A stretch of 64,000 bases of DNA from IMG/VR virus record IMGVR_UViG_3300017992_000023, positions 4,554-68,553 of that record. One strand, given 5' to 3'. The translations under genes were made by a program, and so were the position numbers. Source of the DNA: a virus. Shown in pieces: positions 59,860 through 64,000 of the stretch. The stretch's first letter is position 1; each line of letters begins with the position of its first letter. The notes under the pieces were generated by a model. It worked only from the letters and a program-made list of their open reading frames with translations. It searched no databases and was not told the DNA's origin.

Positions 59860-60116
59860 CCTCAGAATGATGAAAAATAAGATGGAGAGTAAACCCAAGC
59901 AAACCTCTCCTGGAGCTAGCGCCCAAGACGTGATATCATTGCTAGCTTTCCCAATGGCTCCGGGCGATGATAGTAGTCAGCAGTTCGCCGCCCCATTCAC
60001 GACTACAAGGACGAGGGCACCGAAGAATATGACAGCGTTACTGACCAACGCTGTGAAATCAGCAACCCGGTTTCAGTTTACGGGATTATGCGACAAATGT
60101 GTCCGTTAATCCCTAG
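59860..60116 (-). ncRNA. Candidate structured non-coding RNA
   Basis: About 255 nt with serial stems (60082-88/60107-13, 60032-39/60047-54, 59914-20/59941-47, 59884-89/59905-10 followed by a U-rich tract). Confidence 0.35.
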
Positions 60117-60425
60117 TTATGTTGCTTTGTTGAAATCTTCCAAAATCGTGCTGATGGAATCCCATGCTTCCTTAGAACATTCTCTCTCGTCGATCCTGCC
60201 TAAAAGATCAAGTGCATCTCGCAAGATAATTTCATCGCTGTAATCAGTAAGAATATCCGCATAAGCATCAATGGCGTCCCAGATGCGCTCTAGTTCTCCA
60301 TCATCAAGAACATTAAACGCCGGGTAATTCTTCCGCACAAACTTAACACATTCGTACATATTGGAATTGTTGTCGTATGCGTATGCCATCGCATAATTAA
60401 TATCGCTAACTTTCGGTATTCCCAT
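60117..60425 (-). CDS. Hypothetical protein
   Basis: Likely start MGIPKV 60425 with GGAG. Confidence 0.55.
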   Translation of the reverse strand: MGIPKVSDINYAMAYAYDNNSNMYECVKFVRKNYPAFNVLDDGELERIWDAIDAYADILTDYSDEIILRDALDLLGRIDERECSKEAWDSISTILEDFNKAT

Positions 60426-60427
60426 CT

Positions 60428-60502
60428 TTATAGCTCCAGCCCCCAGATAGCCGCGGTAGCAGCCCAATCCACCTTGTTGTTGGTGAGTTTACGGATAACC
60501 AT
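60428..60502 (-). CDS. 24-aa peptide
   Basis: MVIRKLTNNKVDWAATAAIWGLEL*, AGGAGG RBS. Confidence 0.45.
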   Translation of the reverse strand: MVIRKLTNNKVDWAATAAIWGLEL

Positions 60503-60511
60503 GCTTGCCTC

Positions 60512-60607
60512 CTACGTGAAAAGGATGATGATAAAGGGCAAGACCATGAGGGCCGCAACAGCAACCCAACAGGCAATGAGAAGGTGGTAGGTATTAAGAA
60601 GCCCCAC
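60512..60607 (-). CDS. 31-aa single-TM membrane peptide
   Basis: GTG start, GGAGG RBS; MGLLNTYHLLIACWVAVAALMVLPFIIILFT*. Confidence 0.55.
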   Translation of the reverse strand: MGLLNTYHLLIACWVAVAALMVLPFIIILFT

Positions 60608-60734
60608 TTGTTGCCTCCAGGATTTTCAGGTAGATCTCAACCGAAAGGCCTACAACCCCAATGGCACAGAGAAAGATGAAGAGCCACCCCAAGATGCTGA
60701 AGAACATCTCTTCTGTTAGCAAGAAAATCTTCAT
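60594..60734 (-). CDS. 46-aa single-TM membrane peptide
   Basis: GAGGAGG RBS, ATGA coupling; MKIFLLTEEMFFSILGWLFIFLCAIGVVGLSVEIYLKILEATSGAS*. Confidence 0.55.
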   Translation of the reverse strand: MKIFLLTEEMFFSILGWLFIFLCAIGVVGLSVEIYLKILEATSGAS

Positions 60735-60919
60735 GATACCTCCTCGGCTGCATTAGCCTTAGTCTCAGGCCACGTGACCGGAAGCCTGCTGATGTTCTCA
60801 GCATAATCCTTTGGGTCATGCTTGAGGAAGAAGTTGCGGACAGCCTTAGCGATACCCTTCTTGCCTGCCTTGTGGCGACGATGTTGGATCTCGATGGCTT
60901 GTTGAACGGTGCGAATCAT
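60731..60919 (-). CDS. Small basic hypothetical protein
   Basis: 62 aa, AGGAG RBS. Confidence 0.55.
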   Translation of the reverse strand: MIRTVQQAIEIQHRRHKAGKKGIAKAVRNFFLKHDPKDYAENISRLPVTWPETKANAAEEVS

Positions 60920-60954
60920 GTCTTTATCTCCTGTTAGGTACAGACAATATTGAA

Positions 60955-61025
60955 CTAGACCTATAAGAGCTATAGGACTATGGAATTAGTGCTAGTCTTT
61001 CCTAGCAGTCAGGCCAGTCCTATTA
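60955..61025. repeat. Degenerate third copy of the palindromic element
   Basis: CCTATA-AGAGC-TATAGG (60960-60976) followed by GACTA; AGTCCTATTA at 61016-61025. Confidence 0.5.
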
Positions 61026-61091
61026 TGCCGCTACTCATTAGCATGAGCAGCTCGGCACCCCAAGTAGTTGACCAGACATACAAGGGATGGG

Positions 61092-61256
61092 TTACTTCTT
61101 GTCGTCGGGGAACCGACGGTTCTTCTGGTAGGGGATATGCCCACGAGCCTTGTCCTGAGCGGTCTTCCCAGGGCGTGCGACACCAGTCTGGTCGATGCAG
61201 TTCTGGTGGGTGCGAGGGCCTTCTACCGGACGGTATTTGTTACGTTCTAAAGCCAT
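61092..61256 (-). CDS. Small basic protein (54 aa)
   Basis: MALERNKYRPVEGPRTHQNCIDQTGVARPGKTAQDKARGHIPYQKNRRFPDDKK*, AGGAG RBS. Confidence 0.55.
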   Translation of the reverse strand: MALERNKYRPVEGPRTHQNCIDQTGVARPGKTAQDKARGHIPYQKNRRFPDDKK

Positions 61257-61326
61257 AGCAGTAGTCTCCTGTAGGTAATGCTATTGGTGGTGGTTGGTGA
61301 TGGGGGGAGCGCCGGCAATGATAGTA

Positions 61327-61536
61327 TCAGGCTACTCCTCCCTCAGTGATTTGCTCAACGATACCCTTGACAGCTACATTGATAGCAGACAATGGGCTGT
61401 TCTTGTCAAGAGCTATCTTCTCAAGGGATTGGATGGCCTGAACACGTGGGTCATTACATGCATTGATGTATGCAGCCAGTGCCCTGTCACCCATACCCAT
61501 CTCAAGGAAGGAAACGATCTGTTCTTCAAGGGTCAT
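61327..61536 (-). CDS. Hypothetical protein
   Basis: 69 aa, GGAGG RBS. Confidence 0.55.
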   Translation of the reverse strand: MTLEEQIVSFLEMGMGDRALAAYINACNDPRVQAIQSLEKIALDKNSPLSAINVAVKGIVEQITEGGVA

Positions 61537-61771
61537 TAGATCCTCCCAGGTAGTTGACGATCAGGCCAGTAACCCGATCATACCTCAGCGGGTAGCGGTG
61601 GTTGGTGACTGTGGTCTGCCTAGTCATATGAAGCAGCCCCTCTTTACGCCGCCAATCATAGGCAGCAAGGTCCCCATCACATATCATGATGGGATCATCC
61701 GAACCATACATGTAGATGTATGATGTGCTCTCAGGGTAGAGAGCATGCTTGAACTGTTGCATAGCAGTCAC
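61526..61771 (-). CDS. Hypothetical protein
   Basis: 81 aa in early operon. Confidence 0.5.
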   Translation of the reverse strand: MTAMQQFKHALYPESTSYIYMYGSDDPIMICDGDLAAYDWRRKEGLLHMTRQTTVTNHRYPLRYDRVTGLIVNYLGGSNDP

Positions 61772-61866
61772 CCTATCAACTGAGCAAGAAACCAGATGGT
61801 TCCTGACACAAAGAAGCTAACACTGGAAACCCAGTGAACGAAGTCGAAGAAGCTGTCATCATACAT
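61768..61866 (-). CDS. 32-aa membrane peptide
   Basis: AGGAGG RBS; MYDDSFFDFVHWVSSVSFFVSGTIWFLAQLIG*. Confidence 0.5.
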   Translation of the reverse strand: MYDDSFFDFVHWVSSVSFFVSGTIWFLAQLIG

Positions 61867-61868
61867 GA

Positions 61869-62093
61869 TCAGTCCTCCTTGTGTGGTGAGACAGGAGCCT
61901 CAAGGTCAGGCAACCAAGAGTAGTCATCCGGATGCTTGCAGTACGCATAGTAATGCGACCGCAGCTCTATCTCGGTTATCTCATGGCCCTCGCTGAGCAA
62001 TTGCACAGCATAACGACCAGCAAAGGAATAGAAGTCGAGGAGACTATTCGGCATAAGCATCTCCTTCATTAGCAGCAAGACCATGATCCCCAT
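61869..62093 (-). CDS. Hypothetical protein (true start probably downstream, at MLMPNS)
   Basis: ORF in early operon with internal AAGGAG RBS. Confidence 0.5.
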   Translation of the reverse strand: MGIMVLLLMKEMLMPNSLLDFYSFAGRYAVQLLSEGHEITEIELRSHYYAYCKHPDDYSWLPDLEAPVSPHKED

Positions 62094-62241
62094 AGATCAT
62101 AGCCACCTCGCTAGGCAGCATGGACTCAGGGAACATCAACTGCTCATCAGCCATGAGCATCATATGCAGTTGATTCTGATGGTGCTCCCAATTAGCACGC
62201 ATCAACTCACGACGAGGAACGAAGAGGCTTTCAACGCACAT
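62044..62241 (-). CDS. Hypothetical protein
   Basis: 65 aa, GAGG RBS. Confidence 0.5.
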   Translation of the reverse strand: MCVESLFVPRRELMRANWEHHQNQLHMMLMADEQLMFPESMLPSEVAMIYGDHGLAANEGDAYAE

Positions 62242-62443
62242 GAACAGTCACCTCGATAACAAGGACAGACCCATCATGGAGCTTGAACTCATGGGTGCCA
62301 ATGGATTGATGGGCCTTGACCCAGAACTCAGCAGCAGCACGGCTATCTACCGAGTAGAGGGACAGCTCACGGAATGCCTCACTCACTGGCATGGTTGACC
62401 CATACTTCCAGCGATAGGAAGCCTTGCGCTTTTCTTCGGACAT
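62231..62443 (-). CDS. Hypothetical protein
   Basis: 70 aa, AGGAG RBS. Confidence 0.55.
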   Translation of the reverse strand: MSEEKRKASYRWKYGSTMPVSEAFRELSLYSVDSRAAAEFWVKAHQSIGTHEFKLHDGSVLVIEVTVHVR

Positions 62444-62477
62444 AGAAACTCCTGCCTGTAGGCGTGGAACTAAAGAG

Positions 62478-62576
62478 AATCCTATAGGTCTAAGAGACTA
62501 TAGGTAGGGGAAAGAATGATTGATAAAGACCTATAGGACTAATAGAATCCTATAGGCCTGAGTCAATCAGACTCAG
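62478..62576. repeat. Dispersed palindromic element, copy B, plus adjacent hairpin
   Basis: CCTATAGG at 62481, 62530 and 62549; CTGAGTC-AATCA-GACTCAG at 62558-62576; aligns to 58378-58466. Confidence 0.8.
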
Positions 62577-62845
62577 TAATTGGCAATCTCCTGCCATACA
62601 TCGTGTCCAATCTTACGGACGGCTACCTTGCCTGCCATACCGTACACTTTACCATCGTGCTTGCTGGTATGGATCTTGGACACTCTGGACAGGTAATGCA
62701 CCCGCTGGGAGCTGGGCGCATAGATCACTTGGTCGTCACGCCTCAGCGTACCAACACGGTGCTTAGAACGCTCCGACCAATCCTTGAACGCAGCCCCGCG
62801 GTTACTAGAGGGACGGATCATGTAGTTAGTAGTCAGACGGCTCAT
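62573..62845 (-). CDS. Basic hypothetical early protein
   Basis: 90 aa, AGGA RBS. Confidence 0.55.
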   Translation of the reverse strand: MSRLTTNYMIRPSSNRGAAFKDWSERSKHRVGTLRRDDQVIYAPSSQRVHYLSRVSKIHTSKHDGKVYGMAGKVAVRKIGHDVWQEIANY

Positions 62846-62856
62846 GTCCTACCCCC

Positions 62857-63438
62857 TTATGCAGCCAAGGCTACGAGATCGCCCTGCTCGTCCAGCTTGC
62901 TCATGCGCTGGGCAACCCTAGCTTGCAGCTTGTCGTCACCCTTGAGGGCGAGGATCTCAGCCACAATGCGAGGGCCAAACACTTCTTGCAGCATGGACTC
63001 GGTTACGTCACCCATCAAGAAACCTTCGGCATACTTGCGCTTCATGGATTCCAGCGGATCAGCCCAAGGCTTTGCCACCTGCATCGAGCGAGCAACCTTG
63101 TACCACGGGGTATCCTTGCAGCCAGCCAGCCAAGCGGTATCATAGCTGGTTTTCTTGACCGTCTTGACGTTGCACTTGTTGCTGTCGTCATTCAGGATAA
63201 CACGCAGTGAGCACACATCCTCCAACCACTTGACAATGGCATGGAAGCGAGCCGATTCGGGATTCCGGGCATGCATGAAGCGAACAGCCCATGCAATACC
63301 AGTCGTGTTAAAGTCGGACTTAACAAAGTCAATCAGACCGACGATAAGCGCCTTTTGGATAGCGTAATCAGACCGCTCCCCCGCAATGAATGCTTTGGAG
63401 AATTTCTTGGCAAAGACTGTTTCAGGCATAATAGACAT
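62857..63438 (-). CDS. Early hypothetical protein (first gene downstream of the hammerhead)
   Basis: 193 aa; no obvious Shine-Dalgarno upstream. Confidence 0.6.
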   Translation of the reverse strand: MSIMPETVFAKKFSKAFIAGERSDYAIQKALIVGLIDFVKSDFNTTGIAWAVRFMHARNPESARFHAIVKWLEDVCSLRVILNDDSNKCNVKTVKKTSYDTAWLAGCKDTPWYKVARSMQVAKPWADPLESMKRKYAEGFLMGDVTESMLQEVFGPRIVAEILALKGDDKLQARVAQRMSKLDEQGDLVALAA

Positions 63439-63488
63439 ACGAAAAGACCACAGGCTTATTAGGCGAATGGCACCTCAATGGAAGAATT

Positions 63489-63541
63489 AGCTGTTTCGCC
63501 CTTTTGGGCTCATCAGTACCAACACACATTGGTAAACAGCT
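63489..63541 (-). ncRNA. Type III hammerhead ribozyme
   Basis: - strand AGCUG-UU^UACCAA-UGUGUG-UUGGUA-CUGAUGA-GCCC-AAAA-GGGC-GAAA-CAGCU: full core, three perfectly paired stems, GUU cleavage triplet. Confidence 0.9.
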
Positions 63542-63543
63542 TA

Positions 63544-63655
63544 GGGACTATATTGCCGCCCCGTACCGGCTCGCGGAAACCAACCATCGTCTCGCTGTGT
63601 TAGTGGGTTCAATCACTAATGATGGACGGCGATCAATACGCCTGACTTTAATCCC
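63544..63655 (-). ncRNA. Multibranch structured RNA immediately 5' of the hammerhead
   Basis: GGGAUUA/UAGUCCC closing stem, UAUUG(A)UCGCC/GGCGGCAAUA, CCAUC/GAUGG, UUAGUG/CACUAA. Confidence 0.45.
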
Positions 63656-63962
63656 AAGAATCTTACAGTTCTATGTTGCTTTATGTAGCCTTAGTGCCTA
63701 TTGTGAGAGACGCATAGCATGACCATCCTACCTACTTACACCCTAGGAGGTATGGCGCTTATGTAGACGAACTGGCTAAATGTTCCAACATCAACAGCTT
63801 GCACCTGTCTAGCTGGTAGCCTAGCGCGCCTGTTTTCCATATCACAGACATTGCTACAGCAAAGGAAATAAAGGGTTTCCTGACCATTATTTGTAACGTG
63901 GGGCTGGACTCCGAATTGCACGACCTAACTTTCGTATAGATAACGGTTCTATAGCGTTGGAC

Positions 63963-63971
63963 AATATAGCA
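63963..63971 (-). promoter_or_regulatory. Possible extended -10 promoter for the early leader
   Basis: TGC-TATATT on the - strand; no clear -35. Confidence 0.3.
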
Positions 63972-64000
63972 GGCATACCCGTAGATATACACTGCTCGCC

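Noticed and set aside
62561-62566. Sigma70 promoter from TTGACT on the - strand
   Set aside because: No acceptable -10 hexamer at 16-18 nt spacing
58378-62576. CRISPR or mini-array interpretation of the palindromic repeats
   Set aside because: Copies are kilobases apart and degenerate, without regular repeat-spacer periodicity; no cas genes
34872-63438. Numerous + strand ORFs in the right arm (and - strand ORFs in the left arm)
   Set aside because: Shadow ORFs opposite well-supported, coupled genes
63504-63992. Short ORFs listed in the terminal leader region
   Set aside because: No convincing RBS or protein-like features; they overlap the ribozyme and structured RNA elements

Overview
A 64-kb segment of a lytic, podovirus-type dsDNA phage infecting a Gram-negative host (spanins present), arranged as two convergent arms. 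The + strand (1-34.9 kb) carries morphogenesis genes: fibre/accessory virion genes including a 2450-aa multi-LamG adhesin, terminase large subunit, portal, scaffold, N4-gp56-type major capsid protein, two paralogous decoration-like proteins, tail and ejection proteins (one a 2298-aa polyvalent protein) and an endolysin/holin/spanin cassette. The - strand (34.9-64 kb) carries nrdA/nrdB, MazG-like and dATP/dGTP diphosphohydrolases, resolvase, exonuclease, an EndoVII-SSB in-frame fusion, T7-like PolA, ThyX, primase-helicase, a complete phiEco32-type amidoligase/ATP-grasp/GATase/GGCT cluster and many small early genes. The strongest unexplained signals are non-coding: a consensus type III hammerhead ribozyme in the early leader (63489-63541, - strand), directly preceded by a multibranch RNA and a twister-sister-like element; two further hairpin-rich intergenic blocks; a dispersed ~85-bp CCTATAGG palindrome element; an H-type pseudoknot after the capsid gene; and a four-way-junction RNA before the giant adhesin. 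All calls come from reading motifs and base-pairing by eye; no database searches or folding programs were run.
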